NCBI GenBank assembly: GCA_963764975.1
Contig: CAVXUF010000002.1
Span: 467,809 to 531,808 of the forward strand
Reading direction: 5' to 3'
Source of the DNA: an uncultured Chloroflexia bacterium
Lineage (GTDB): Bacteria; Chloroflexota; Limnocylindria; Limnocylindrales; CSP1-4
DNA: 64,000 nucleotides
Below, one piece after another: positions 1 through 9,004 of the stretch. Position numbers and translations under genes: made by a program. Positions within the stretch are counted from its first letter, which is position 1. Every line of letters starts with the position of its first letter. The notes beneath the pieces were generated by a model. That model did no database searches. It was not told the DNA's origin and was given only the letters and a program-made list of their open reading frames with translations.

Positions 1-29
1 AAGAGCAAGCACGAGCCGCAGCGACGGAA

Positions 30-410
30 ATGGAATGGCGGCGGAGGCTCGCGGCGACTGGCTTCCAGGTCGGCGACTACGACCTCGATGTCGTGGGCGA
101 GTCGAACTACCTCGTCGAGTTGGCAGGTATCAGGGCGGCGCTAACGACCGACCCGCGGACCTTCGAATTGCGAACGTCTGGCGTCCTCGTCCGTGAGCCC
201 GATAACCCGTACGACCGGAATGCCATCAGTGTCTATCTGCTCGGCGTAAAGGTCGGCTATCTGCCACGCGAGGACGCCGAGAACTATCAGCGCGTAGTGC
301 GCCGAGTCACGGACAACTTCGTGGTCCAGGCGAAGATCTTGGGAGGACGTCCGGACGGCATGAATGTCAGTCCGATCGGCGTGCGGCTCGTCGATATCCC
401 TGAACCCTGA
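30..410 (+). CDS. HIRAN domain protein
   Basis: 126-aa ORF. The motif VGESNY...VLVREPDNPYDRNAISVYL...GYLPRE matches the HIRAN (DNA 3-prime-end binding) domain signature. Confidence 0.65.
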   Translation: MEWRRRLAATGFQVGDYDLDVVGESNYLVELAGIRAALTTDPRTFELRTSGVLVREPDNPYDRNAISVYLLGVKVGYLPREDAENYQRVVRRVTDNFVVQAKILGGRPDGMNVSPIGVRLVDIPEP

Positions 411-595
411 TATTCCCGCCCCGTGCGGCCAGCGGAGTCCGCGGCGACCGGGGCTGCAACACCCAACAAGTCACGACCCGCCGGTGAATCATCGACCCTG
501 GACCTGATTCAGTCCGCGCCGTCGGGCCGTAGACTCCATCCGTCCGGGCGCTAACGGCCCGGGTCGTCCGGCCGTACTCGTGGAGGGGATCTTCC

Positions 596-799
596 GTGTT
601 AGCGAAGGTCAGCGTCGCCCTGTTGATCGCGATCCTCGGTGTCGTCAGTTTGATTGCGGTTAGGCTGGAGTCAATCGCGGAGACGGCTGAGGCGACGTGT
701 CGAGTCGCCTTTGCCCATGCCAACCCTGATGGCCTGAGTTGGTCCGATATCAAGACCGGCAAAGCGATCAGCTGCCCGTATGTGAGTTTGACCCGATAA
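596..799 (+). CDS. hypothetical small membrane protein
   Basis: 67-aa ORF with an N-terminal hydrophobic helix (VALLIAILGVVSLIAV). It is followed by a hairpin terminator. No recognisable family. Confidence 0.3.
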   Translation: MLAKVSVALLIAILGVVSLIAVRLESIAETAEATCRVAFAHANPDGLSWSDIKTGKAISCPYVSLTR

Positions 800-818
800 G
801 GTGCACCACATAACAAGG

Positions 819-852
819 CCCACGACGCATGACGTCGTGGGCTTTGTCGTTC
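819..852. terminator. GC-rich hairpin followed by T-rich tract, likely an intrinsic terminator
   Basis: cccacgacg-catga-cgtcgtggg is a perfect 9-bp stem with a 5-nt loop, followed by ctttgtcgtt. It lies just 3-prime of ORF 596..799 and, read on the other strand, just 3-prime of the tRNA remnant. Confidence 0.45.
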
Positions 853-878
853 GGGAGCTACGCCGCAACTGGCTAGGC

Positions 879-919
879 GCATGTCAAGCAAGTGCTCTAA
901 CCAGCTGAGCTAGCCGCCC
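879..919 (-). tRNA. truncated tRNA-Val(GAC)-like 5-prime half (acceptor stem, D arm, anticodon stem 5-prime strand and anticodon loop TTGACAT), probably a non-functional remnant
   Basis: The minus-strand sequence GGGCGGCTAGCTCAGCTGGTTAGAGCACTTGCTTGACATGC matches the 5-prime about 41 nt of actinobacterial tRNA-Val(GAC). After the anticodon loop the sequence (GCGCC...) cannot pair with the stem. No T-arm (GGTTCGAATCC-like) or 3-prime acceptor strand follows. Confidence 0.5.
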
Positions 920-1102
920 GAACGTCGCCGGTCCCCCGAGCTCGAAGCCCCCGTCCCGTTGGCTCGCAGGGTGTTCCACATCCTGCGCCGGGGCGACGGC
1001 CGCGGGTCCGAGGAGCCAGCGGCGGCCCGCATCATACCCCGAGCCCGCGCGGACGGACAACGGCGGCGGACCTCCGGCGCCCGCGTCCCCGATGATGGGG
1101 CC

Positions 1103-1915
1103 ATGCGGGACTACGAGTTGCTGGACGTGGGTGGCGGCGCGCGCCTGGAACGGTTCGGCGACCGGGTCGTGGACCGGCCGGCGCCAGGAGCCCTCGGGTC
1201 GCGCGGCGATCACGAGGGTTGGCACGCCCCCGACCTTCGGTACGAGCGTGACCGAGGCTGGGACGGGCCGCGCCGCGGGGACGGTGCCTGGACCGTGGAG
1301 ATGGACGGCCTGCGGCTCGAGCTGCGGGCGACAGACGCCGGCCAGCTCGGGCTCTTCCCCGAGCACCTGGCACTCCGATCGTGGCTGCTGTCCCAGGGCG
1401 CGACGTCCGTCTTGAACTTGTTCGCCTATACCGGGGCGACGACGCTCGCCCTTGCGGCGGCAGGGACCGCGGTGACACATCTCGACGCCTCCCGTCCATC
1501 CGTGGCCTGGGCCCGACGGAACGCCGAACTGTCCGACCTCAGCGACCGTCCCATCCGCTGGATCGTTGACGATGCCGTCGCGTTCGTCGCGCGCGAAGCG
1601 CGCCGCGGCCATCGATACGACGGCCTGCTGCTCGACCCGCCGACGTACGGGCACGGTGGGCGCGGACACACGTGGCGCATGGAGACAGACCTTGACCCGC
1701 TCCTGGCCGCCTGCGGAAGCGTCCTCGCCCCCGATGGCTTCGCGCTCGTGACCGCCCATACACCGGGGTTCGGCGAGGATCGGCTCGCGACGACCATCTC
1801 GCGCGGCCTGCGGCGCCCGCCGGACCGGGTCGAGACGGGCGCGATGGGCCTCGCCACGGCGGACGGTCGACGGCTCGAGCTGGGGTCGTTCGCGCGCGTG
1901 CCGGCCGGCGCATGA
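1103..1915 (+). CDS. class I SAM-dependent RNA methyltransferase (RlmI/RlmK-like)
   Basis: Motif I FAYTGATTLALAAAG and motif IV LLLDPPTYG are typical of RlmI-family 23S rRNA m5C methyltransferases. The start was chosen at ATG 1103 (MRDYELL); the ORF track begins at 959 with an Arg-rich leader. Confidence 0.65.
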   Translation: MRDYELLDVGGGARLERFGDRVVDRPAPGALGSRGDHEGWHAPDLRYERDRGWDGPRRGDGAWTVEMDGLRLELRATDAGQLGLFPEHLALRSWLLSQGATSVLNLFAYTGATTLALAAAGTAVTHLDASRPSVAWARRNAELSDLSDRPIRWIVDDAVAFVAREARRGHRYDGLLLDPPTYGHGGRGHTWRMETDLDPLLAACGSVLAPDGFALVTAHTPGFGEDRLATTISRGLRRPPDRVETGAMGLATADGRRLELGSFARVPAGA

Positions 1916-1943
1916 TGTCGGGCATGCCAGGCCCTGTCGCACG

Positions 1944-2750
1944 ATGCTGACCAGCCGGACGAACCCGCGGGTCGTGGCCGTCGCCGCTCTCCGCCAGCGG
2001 CGCGAGCGCGACCGTCATGGCCTGACCGTGGTCGACGGCGCCCGCGAGGTCCGTCGGGCGGTCGAGTCGGGGGCCGCGGTGGTGGAGGCCTTCATCTGCG
2101 ACGCCCTGCTGGCCGGGGTGGATGCCAGGGCCGCCCTCGACGCCCTTCGCGCGGCGGGGACGCCGATCACGTCGGTCAGCGACACGGTCTTCGCCAAGCT
2201 CGCGTTCGGGGAGCGGACCGAAGGCGTGCTGGCGGTCGTCCGGATCCCGGACCTGCGACTCCCTGCGCTGGTGTTGCCCGTCGATCCCCTCGTCGTCGTC
2301 ATCGAGGGCGTGGAGAAGCCCGGCAACGTCGGCGCCGTGCTCCGTTCAGCGGATGGGGCCGGGGCAGACGCCCTTGTCGTCGCATCGCCCAGGACGGACC
2401 TCTACAACCCCAACGCGATCCGGGCCAGCGCGGGCACCATCTTCCGCGTGCCGCTGGGCGCGGATGCGTCCCCGGCCGTCGTGGCGTGGGCTCGATCGAA
2501 CGGCCTCCGGATCGTCGCGACACGAGTCGATGCCGAGCGCACCTACGCCGAGACCGATCTTCGCGGTCCGTTGGCGATCGTGCTCGGCGCCGAGACCGAC
2601 GGGCTGACCGAGACCTGGCGCGGCGACGACATCGAGTCCGTTCGGATCCCCATGCGCGGCATCGCCGACAGCCTGAACGTGTCGGTGAGCGCGGCGATCC
2701 TCCTCTACGAGGCCCGTCGACAGCGGGACGCGGAGCAGGCTCCAGGCTAG
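1944..2750 (+). CDS. TrmH/SpoU family RNA 2-prime-O-methyltransferase (RlmB-like)
   Basis: SPOUT motifs VVIEGVEKPGNVGAVLRSADGAG, ASAGTIFRVP and IVLGAETDGL, and a C-terminal SLNVSVSAAILLYE. Confidence 0.8.
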   Translation: MLTSRTNPRVVAVAALRQRRERDRHGLTVVDGAREVRRAVESGAAVVEAFICDALLAGVDARAALDALRAAGTPITSVSDTVFAKLAFGERTEGVLAVVRIPDLRLPALVLPVDPLVVVIEGVEKPGNVGAVLRSADGAGADALVVASPRTDLYNPNAIRASAGTIFRVPLGADASPAVVAWARSNGLRIVATRVDAERTYAETDLRGPLAIVLGAETDGLTETWRGDDIESVRIPMRGIADSLNVSVSAAILLYEARRQRDAEQAPG

Positions 2751-4396
2751 CGCTCGAAGACGACCTCGCCGTCCATCAGCACGATCGACGGGCGCGTCCC
2801 CGATAGCGGTCCGCCGGGCCTGACCGGCTCTTCGATCGAGGCCGCCGGGATGATCGCGATGTCCGCGCGATGGCCCGGGATCAGCCGCCCGCGGTCGTGC
2901 TCGCCGGCAGAAACGGCCGGATCAAGGCAGGCCGCTCGCAGGGCTCGCGCCAGAGTCAGAGCCTCGCCCGGGCCGAACGCCGGCGTCCCCGCTGGCCAGG
3001 CCGGATCCTCGCGCGTGACCGCGAGCGCGATCCCCGGCCACGGGTCGAACGGCTCGACGGGCGCGTCCGTCCCGAGTGGCAGCACGGCCCCGGTCGACGC
3101 CAGCGATGCCCAGGCGTAGCCGCGCGATTCTGCCCGGTCACCCCACAGGCGCCGCGCCTTCGCGGCATCCGACCCCAGGTGGACCGGCTGCACGCTGGCG
3201 GCGATCCCACCGGCGGCGAACCGCGCCCGGTCATCGGGATGGACCATCTGCGCGTGCTCGACGCGCGGCATGAGCGCGAGATCGCGCCGATGCGCCCTCA
3301 GCGTGTCGATCGCCGCGCGCACGGCCGCGTCCCCGATCGCGTGGACCTGGCTCGCGATCCCGGCGGCGGCCGCTCGTCCCACGACGCGATCGAGTTCGTC
3401 CGGCGGGGTCATCCAGACGCCGCGCCGCCGATCGGGTGGCAACGGCTGGTCCGCCTCCGGTTCGATGTCTTCGAGCAGCGCGGCCGTCCGGGACCCGAGT
3501 GATCCGTCCGCGAAGCACTTCTGCCAGCCGATCCGCGCTCGTCCCGCCGGATCCGAACCCAGGACCAAACCGCTCCGCAGTCCGCCGGCGATCGCGGTCT
3601 CCAGGGAGTCATCGCGCAGCGACGCGTGGACGCGGACGGGCAAGCGCCCGGCATCGGCCAGGTGCGCATAGGCCGGGAAGGCATACGTCAAGTCCGGATC
3701 CGGTGCGACGCCGCCCGGGTCGTGACACGCGACGACCCCGAGCGCGACCAGTTCCCGGCCCACCTCGGTGATGGCGAGCGCAAGGGCGATCGGGTCCATC
3801 GGCGGGACGTGGATGGTGACGAGCCGGCTCGCGGATTCGTAGAGCACGCCCTCGGGGCGTCCGTCGTCCGTCCGACGGATGACGCCGCCCGGTGGGTCGG
3901 CGGTGTCGTCGGCGATCGCGGCGGCCCGCAGCGCGGCGTGGCTGACGAGGAGCGCGTGGTGGTCGTGCGCCCAGACCGACACCCGCCGGCCGGGCGCGAC
4001 ACGCTCGACATCATCGGCCGTCGGCCAGCGGCCCCAGCGGTCGGCGTCCCAGCCATGCCCTTCGATCCAGGTGTCCGGGGCCGCTGCCCGCCCGTGAGCC
4101 GCTGCGATCATCGCCATCCCGTCGTCGAGCGTCGCCGCGGTCGTCAGGTCGACGTGATGGCGGGCCATCGCCGTCTGGACGAGGTGGAGGTGCGCGTCGG
4201 TCAGGCCCGGGATCGCGACCTCATCGTCCGCAAGGACGAGGCGCTGCGTGAACGGGTCCGCCCGGGTCTCGAGATCCACCTCGGAGCCGGCGAAGGCGAT
4301 GCGTCCGTCACGAACCCCGATGGCCTCGACCCAACCGAACCCCCCGGGGCCGGCGAGCGTGGCGATCCGACCCGTGATGAGCATGTCGAGGGGCAT
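2747..4396 (-). CDS. amidohydrolase family protein (metal-dependent hydrolase, YtcJ-like)
   Basis: 549 aa. N-terminal DAHLHLVQTA metal-binding motif and amidohydrolase_3-like organisation. It overlaps the TrmH stop by 4 nt (convergent). Confidence 0.65.
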   Translation of the reverse strand: MPLDMLITGRIATLAGPGGFGWVEAIGVRDGRIAFAGSEVDLETRADPFTQRLVLADDEVAIPGLTDAHLHLVQTAMARHHVDLTTAATLDDGMAMIAAAHGRAAAPDTWIEGHGWDADRWGRWPTADDVERVAPGRRVSVWAHDHHALLVSHAALRAAAIADDTADPPGGVIRRTDDGRPEGVLYESASRLVTIHVPPMDPIALALAITEVGRELVALGVVACHDPGGVAPDPDLTYAFPAYAHLADAGRLPVRVHASLRDDSLETAIAGGLRSGLVLGSDPAGRARIGWQKCFADGSLGSRTAALLEDIEPEADQPLPPDRRRGVWMTPPDELDRVVGRAAAAGIASQVHAIGDAAVRAAIDTLRAHRRDLALMPRVEHAQMVHPDDRARFAAGGIAASVQPVHLGSDAAKARRLWGDRAESRGYAWASLASTGAVLPLGTDAPVEPFDPWPGIALAVTREDPAWPAGTPAFGPGEALTLARALRAACLDPAVSAGEHDRGRLIPGHRADIAIIPAASIEEPVRPGGPLSGTRPSIVLMDGEVVFER

Positions 4397-4399
4397 CGG

Positions 4400-5914
4400 T
4401 CAGGCGGGCTCGATCGGCGGGTGCCATGCCTCGGAGTCCTCGGCTTCGTCGGCCCGCGTCCCTGCGGGGTGGACCGCGACGCGGACGGTCGGGTTGGCGT
4501 GGCGGTCCTCGTGCCAGGTGTCGCGGTCGGCGCCAAGGGCTGCGGCGATCGGATCCAGGGTGTGTGGGTCGGCCGATACGTGGGCATCAGCCGGCAACAT
4601 CGGCCCGCGCAGGAAGATCGACCCGACTCCGGCCACGAATACCGCGACGGCCACCGAGATGAGGACGGTGGTGGTCCCGATCAGGTCCGAGATCGGCCCG
4701 ACGATGATGATCGGCACGAAGCTGGCCACGGATACGAGCATGTTCAGGACCCCGAACACGCGCCCTCGGACATCCGGTGGCAGGTCCTCCTGGAGCTGCG
4801 TCTGGGATGGGATGGCGACGAGGCCGTACGCGATGCCAGCCAGCAAGGCGATCACGACCACGACAGCAAGGAGTGAGGTGATCCCCGACATGTCAACGCC
4901 ACCGGGGGCGTCCGCGCCCTGGAGGAGCCGGCTGATCGGGCCGGCGATCGACAGCAGGGCCAGGAGCACCCCGAGGGCGACGAGAGCGCCTTCGATCACG
5001 CGGCGTCGCGGGAGATACCGGCCATAGGCGTTGAGCAACAGGATCCCGGTCACGATGCCGAACCCAAGCGGCAGGACCACGACAGCGAAGTCCTTGGGCG
5101 CCAGGCCCAGCGTCTCGCTGGCGAAGTCCGGCCCAAGGACGCCGAGGACGCCGACCAGGGAGGCCGTGATCCCCAGGTAGAGGAGCGACCACCCGATCGT
5201 GCGGTGCCCGCGGATGAAGACCAGACCTTCGCGCAGCTGGGCGACGGTCGAGCTGACCGCGCGTTCTGCCGCATCGATCCCCACGTGGGCGTCGGCCGAG
5301 GCGCGCGCCGGTGGCGGCGACGACGGCAGCGCGAAACAGAACGCCGCGGCGATGAAGTAGAGGATGGCGACGACGAGGATCACGCCCTCAGGGGTGGCGA
5401 TGTTGACGACGAGCGGGCCGAGGAGCGCGAACCCCAGCGCGAACGCAGCGTTCAGGGTCAGGGTGAAGACCCCGTTCGCGGTCTGGAGATGCTCCCGCTT
5501 GACGACGGACGGGATCATCGCCGCCTCGGCCGGGGCGAAGAAGACGGTCACGGTCGAGATGAACGTATTAAGCAGGAGGATCAGAACGAGGTTGTCACCG
5601 ATCAGGAACAGGGCGATGAACGCCACGCCGCGGATCAGGTTCGTGGCGACCAGGATGTGGCGGCGGTCGATCCGGTCCACATAGACCCCCGCCACCGCCG
5701 AGAAGAGCACCGCGGGGACCAGGAAGGTGAGGATCAGGAGGCTGACGATGGTGTTCAGGCCCGTCGAACTCAGCACGATGACCGTCAGCCCGAACAGGAC
5801 CATGTTCCCGCCGATCTGGGTCGCGGCCTGCGACAGCCAGAGACGCATGAACGCGCCGTTGCGGAACAGCGACGAGGACCCCAGGGCGGGTGTCGCGGGA
5901 TCGACCACCGTCAC
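4400..5914 (-). CDS. MFS transporter
   Basis: 504 aa with about 12 predicted TM helices and major-facilitator-like repeats. Confidence 0.7.
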   Translation of the reverse strand: MTVVDPATPALGSSSLFRNGAFMRLWLSQAATQIGGNMVLFGLTVIVLSSTGLNTIVSLLILTFLVPAVLFSAVAGVYVDRIDRRHILVATNLIRGVAFIALFLIGDNLVLILLLNTFISTVTVFFAPAEAAMIPSVVKREHLQTANGVFTLTLNAAFALGFALLGPLVVNIATPEGVILVVAILYFIAAAFCFALPSSPPPARASADAHVGIDAAERAVSSTVAQLREGLVFIRGHRTIGWSLLYLGITASLVGVLGVLGPDFASETLGLAPKDFAVVVLPLGFGIVTGILLLNAYGRYLPRRRVIEGALVALGVLLALLSIAGPISRLLQGADAPGGVDMSGITSLLAVVVVIALLAGIAYGLVAIPSQTQLQEDLPPDVRGRVFGVLNMLVSVASFVPIIIVGPISDLIGTTTVLISVAVAVFVAGVGSIFLRGPMLPADAHVSADPHTLDPIAAALGADRDTWHEDRHANPTVRVAVHPAGTRADEAEDSEAWHPPIEPA

Positions 5915-6159
5915 GCGTGACGATCCGGCATCGGACCGAGGGCCGCGCTGATCGCAGGATCACCGCGACGCACGAAGGCGACGATCCGGCGCTCCAGGGC
6001 TCGGCGTTCCAGGAGCACGTGTCGACCGCATCCCTGGCACCGCAATCCGATGTCCGCGCCAAGGCGATCGACCAGCCATACATCCCCGCCACATGGGTGC
6101 CGCCGTCGCAATCGCACGATGTCGCCGACGAACAGCGTCTGGACGTCCTGATCGCTCAT
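5911..6159 (-). CDS. DUF951 family protein
   Basis: 82 aa. GDIVRLRRRHPCGGDVWLVDRLGADIGLRCQGCGRHV matches the DUF951 pattern (GDIV-LKK-HPCG...W-V-R-GADI-I-C--CG). It shares a 4-nt overlap with the MFS start. Confidence 0.6.
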   Translation of the reverse strand: MSDQDVQTLFVGDIVRLRRRHPCGGDVWLVDRLGADIGLRCQGCGRHVLLERRALERRIVAFVRRGDPAISAALGPMPDRHA

Positions 6160-6174
6160 TCGCCGGTCAGCCTA

Positions 6175-6849
6175 TCAAAGCGACGGCCGCCCGGCGGTCG
6201 GCACCAGGTTCCGTTCTGTGGCGGGGAGCTCCAGTCGGTCGAGTGGCGTGACGGTCAGGACGGCTTCCGGTCGGGTCGCCGCGAGCTGCGCGATGACCCC
6301 GCCCGCCCGCAACAGCGAACCCGTGAGTTGTTCGGATGACCCGATCGCCGACAGCTCGAACACCTCCCCGAGCGCGTCGCCGTCCACCGCCGCCTCCCCT
6401 GGCCCACCGGCGATCTCGGTGCCCGGGACGACACGCACGCGCTCGATCGCGATCGCCTCGGCTCCGGCGTTGCGAAGCTCGTTGACGAGGTCCTCGACCC
6501 CGGGGCCATCGATCGGCCCGGCGACCAGGATCGAGACCCCGGGCCCGACGACCGGATCAAGGCCGGCGAACGCCCGGACGCGGCGCAGGTCCGTGCGGAT
6601 CTCGTCGATCGACGCCTCGCCGCGGTCCTGGTTGCGAGTCAGCGCCGCCAGATTGCCCTCGAGCGTGGCGACCTCACGGCGCAACTGGTCGTTGCGGGCG
6701 TTGAGATTGGCGACGAGGACCGTCAGGTCCTGCGCCGAGAGGGCGGCGAGACCGGTGCCGCCCGCTTGCGCCCGGAGCTGAACGACGACGAGCAACCCGA
6801 GCACGAAGGCCACCGCCGCGATCGTGAGCTGGTTCCGACGTCGATGCAT
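6175..6849 (-). CDS. DUF881 domain protein (paralog 1)
   Basis: N-terminal TM helix then the DUF881 core (LEGNLAALTRNQ... GPGVSILVAGP... VEDLVNELRNAGAEAIAIE). The start is set at ATG 6849 (MHRRRNQLTIAAV) rather than the Arg-rich upstream extension. Confidence 0.6.
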   Translation of the reverse strand: MHRRRNQLTIAAVAFVLGLLVVVQLRAQAGGTGLAALSAQDLTVLVANLNARNDQLRREVATLEGNLAALTRNQDRGEASIDEIRTDLRRVRAFAGLDPVVGPGVSILVAGPIDGPGVEDLVNELRNAGAEAIAIERVRVVPGTEIAGGPGEAAVDGDALGEVFELSAIGSSEQLTGSLLRAGGVIAQLAATRPEAVLTVTPLDRLELPATERNLVPTAGRPSL

Positions 6850-6854
6850 GCGCG

Positions 6855-7652
6855 TCAGCTCGGCGCCGGGGTCGGGCTCGGTCCCGCCGGAGGCGCGGGC
6901 GTCGCGGTCGGTGTCGGCGCGGGGCGGGCGTAGCGGAGCGAGACCGTGCCCGCGAACGCCGGCATGTCGACCGATGGCGGTTCGGCGAAGGAGAGACGGA
7001 TCCCGTACCCCTGACCGCGCGCTCGCACGAAATCGACGAACCCGGCGGAGGCCAGGAGTCGGTCGTACATCCCGCTCGGCCCTAGGGCCGTGATCTGGTA
7101 GGGCGGGGCGAGGTAGGCGGAGTTGACGAGGACGGACTGGCCGATGTCGATGAACGACGATGTCGCGGTCACCCGCTCCCCGTTCACGGCGATCGCCTCG
7201 GCGCCCGCGAGCCACAGTTCGTCGATGACGGTCCGGATGTCTCGCGACGCCACCAGGTAGTCCGATTCGTTCGCGTCCGGGGCCACCGGCTGGAGCGAAT
7301 CCTCCAGACGAAGCACCATCCCGGTGCCGGCCAGGGGGATCAGTCCCGCGGCGATCCGCGCACCCTCCAGTTCATCGTTGAGGGCCTTCACGGCCGCAGC
7401 CGACCCCGCGCCGGCGCCCTCAACCACCACGATCTGCGCTCGCAGCTCGAGGATCCGGGTCTTGAGGGCGTCCTGCTGGGCCTGCAGCTCCGTCGCCGTC
7501 TCGAGCAACGGCGATCGCTGCTGCGTCGTGTATCGGACGCGCGGGCCTTCGCTCGCCAGCTGGGCGGCCACGAGGAACCCCATCCCGAGGAGGGCCGCAC
7601 CGAGGGTCAACTGCCAGCTGGGGATCCGCCGCACGCGTTCCGCGATGGTCAC
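6855..7652 (-). CDS. DUF881 domain protein (paralog 2)
   Basis: 265 aa with an N-terminal TM helix, a coiled-coil, and a DUF881-like C-terminal half. It shares a 4-nt overlap with the upstream gene. Confidence 0.6.
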   Translation of the reverse strand: MTIAERVRRIPSWQLTLGAALLGMGFLVAAQLASEGPRVRYTTQQRSPLLETATELQAQQDALKTRILELRAQIVVVEGAGAGSAAAVKALNDELEGARIAAGLIPLAGTGMVLRLEDSLQPVAPDANESDYLVASRDIRTVIDELWLAGAEAIAVNGERVTATSSFIDIGQSVLVNSAYLAPPYQITALGPSGMYDRLLASAGFVDFVRARGQGYGIRLSFAEPPSVDMPAFAGTVSLRYARPAPTPTATPAPPAGPSPTPAPS

Positions 7653-9004
7653 CTGTCCGCGTCCCGGCGGCGGTATGCCGCCACGAGACCGAAGCCGAAG
7701 ACGATCGCCACGATCGCGAGGAGCACGCCGACCACCACGCTCTGGTCGCCACTGGACGAGTCGGGCGTGCCGGGCTCGCCGCCCGTGGCGGATGGGGTCG
7801 CAGACGCGATCGCCCCGGGCTCCGTCGGCGCCGCACTCGGGCCGACGGACGGGGCACCGTTACCGGACCAGCCCGGCGGGAACGGACCCGTCGGCGCCGG
7901 CTGCGGCCCGAGCCGTTCGGGGATCGACGTCCCCAGGTCCGCCAGCCACGCGTCCGAGAAGGCCTCCATGTCCATCCCGATGGCCGCCTCGAACGCTTCG
8001 TCGTCGGTCAGGCCATTCGCGTAGGAGCGAACCAAGCCAACGAGCGCCGCCTTCGTATGCGTCCGGATGAGGAAGTCCACCGCCGAGACGCTCTCCGAGT
8101 AGGCCAGCCCGAAGCCGTCCGCCGTGGTCGGGAACTGGCCGGTCAGTCCGGTCAGTGGGACCAGCGTGCCGGCGTTCGCGGCTCGCTCCACGGCCCGTCG
8201 GTCCGAGGCCGGATAGCCACCTTCGCTCTCGTAGACCGCGAGTCCCTCGTTGAGCCAGCGTGGCGGGAAGTGGTACGGGTTGCGGACCGCGGTGTTGAAG
8301 ACCAGGTGCTGCAGTTCGTGCGGGATCACGATGCCGACCCAGGGTTGGTCGATCTCGGACGGCGTGATGAGCGCGAAGAGCGTCCGGATATCCGAGTTGG
8401 CCTGGCCGCCGACGTTCTCGCGCGTCCCGGGCCCGAGGGCATCACGGAAGTCGTTCTGGCGTGCGTAGACGAAGAAGTCGACCGGTTCGGTCTCGGTCAC
8501 GCCCAGGAGGTCGCTTGACGCCTTGATCGCATCCTCGCCGATCCGGAGGGCCCGCTCGCCGAACGCGGCATCGCCGTCGTACCAGTGCACCCGAACGAGA
8601 TCGCCGGCACGGGTACGCCACTCGAATCGGTCGTCCTGGACCAGGTACCGGGCGACGGGACCTTCGACGCCATCGACGCGCCAGCGGTAGCGCAGTGGCG
8701 TGTTCGGCAGCACGTGAGCGCCACCGCCGACCGGGAGCGAGTACGACAGCGTCTGGGCGCCACCTGCCGCCGGTGGGTCGATCGCGTACACGGTGGGGCC
8801 GAGCGCGTCGGCGAAGGTGATCAGCAACTCGACCGACGCCGGCGGACCGCTCAGGGTGACGGCCTGCGTGAAGTCCACGGACTGGCCGAACGACCCGACC
8901 GCCGAACCGCGACCGAAGGTGACATCGTCAACCGCCGTAACAGCCCCGGCTGCCAGCCCGCTCGCCAAGACGGCGACCACGAGGGCAACCCTCACTCGGC
9001 CCAT
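7649..9004 (-). CDS. membrane-anchored zinc metallopeptidase, peptidase MA-like (Peptidase_MA_2)
   Basis: Signal peptide, then HELQHLVFN...NEGLAVYESEG (HExxH plus downstream Glu). C-terminal Pro/Thr-rich linker and a TM helix. Confidence 0.55.
   Translation of the reverse strand: MGRVRVALVVAVLASGLAAGAVTAVDDVTFGRGSAVGSFGQSVDFTQAVTLSGPPASVELLITFADALGPTVYAIDPPAAGGAQTLSYSLPVGGGAHVLPNTPLRYRWRVDGVEGPVARYLVQDDRFEWRTRAGDLVRVHWYDGDAAFGERALRIGEDAIKASSDLLGVTETEPVDFFVYARQNDFRDALGPGTRENVGGQANSDIRTLFALITPSEIDQPWVGIVIPHELQHLVFNTAVRNPYHFPPRWLNEGLAVYESEGGYPASDRRAVERAANAGTLVPLTGLTGQFPTTADGFGLAYSESVSAVDFLIRTHTKAALVGLVRSYANGLTDDEAFEAAIGMDMEAFSDAWLADLGTSIPERLGPQPAPTGPFPPGWSGNGAPSVGPSAAPTEPGAIASATPSATGGEPGTPDSSSGDQSVVVGVLLAIVAIVFGFGLVAAYRRRDADR

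Noticed and set aside
879-919. Intact tRNA-Val gene
   Set aside because: No T-arm or 3-prime acceptor strand follows the anticodon loop, and the anticodon stem cannot close. It is kept as a truncated remnant only.
884-1942. 352-aa minus-strand ORF
   Set aside because: It is Arg/Pro-rich, antisense to the well-supported methyltransferase gene, and overlaps the tRNA remnant. It is a typical high-GC spurious frame.
3626-4876. 416-aa plus-strand ORF
   Set aside because: It is antisense to the amidohydrolase gene and has an Arg/Asp/Gly-rich low-complexity translation.
5204-5920. 238-aa plus-strand ORF
   Set aside because: It is antisense to the MFS transporter and highly charged and low-complexity.
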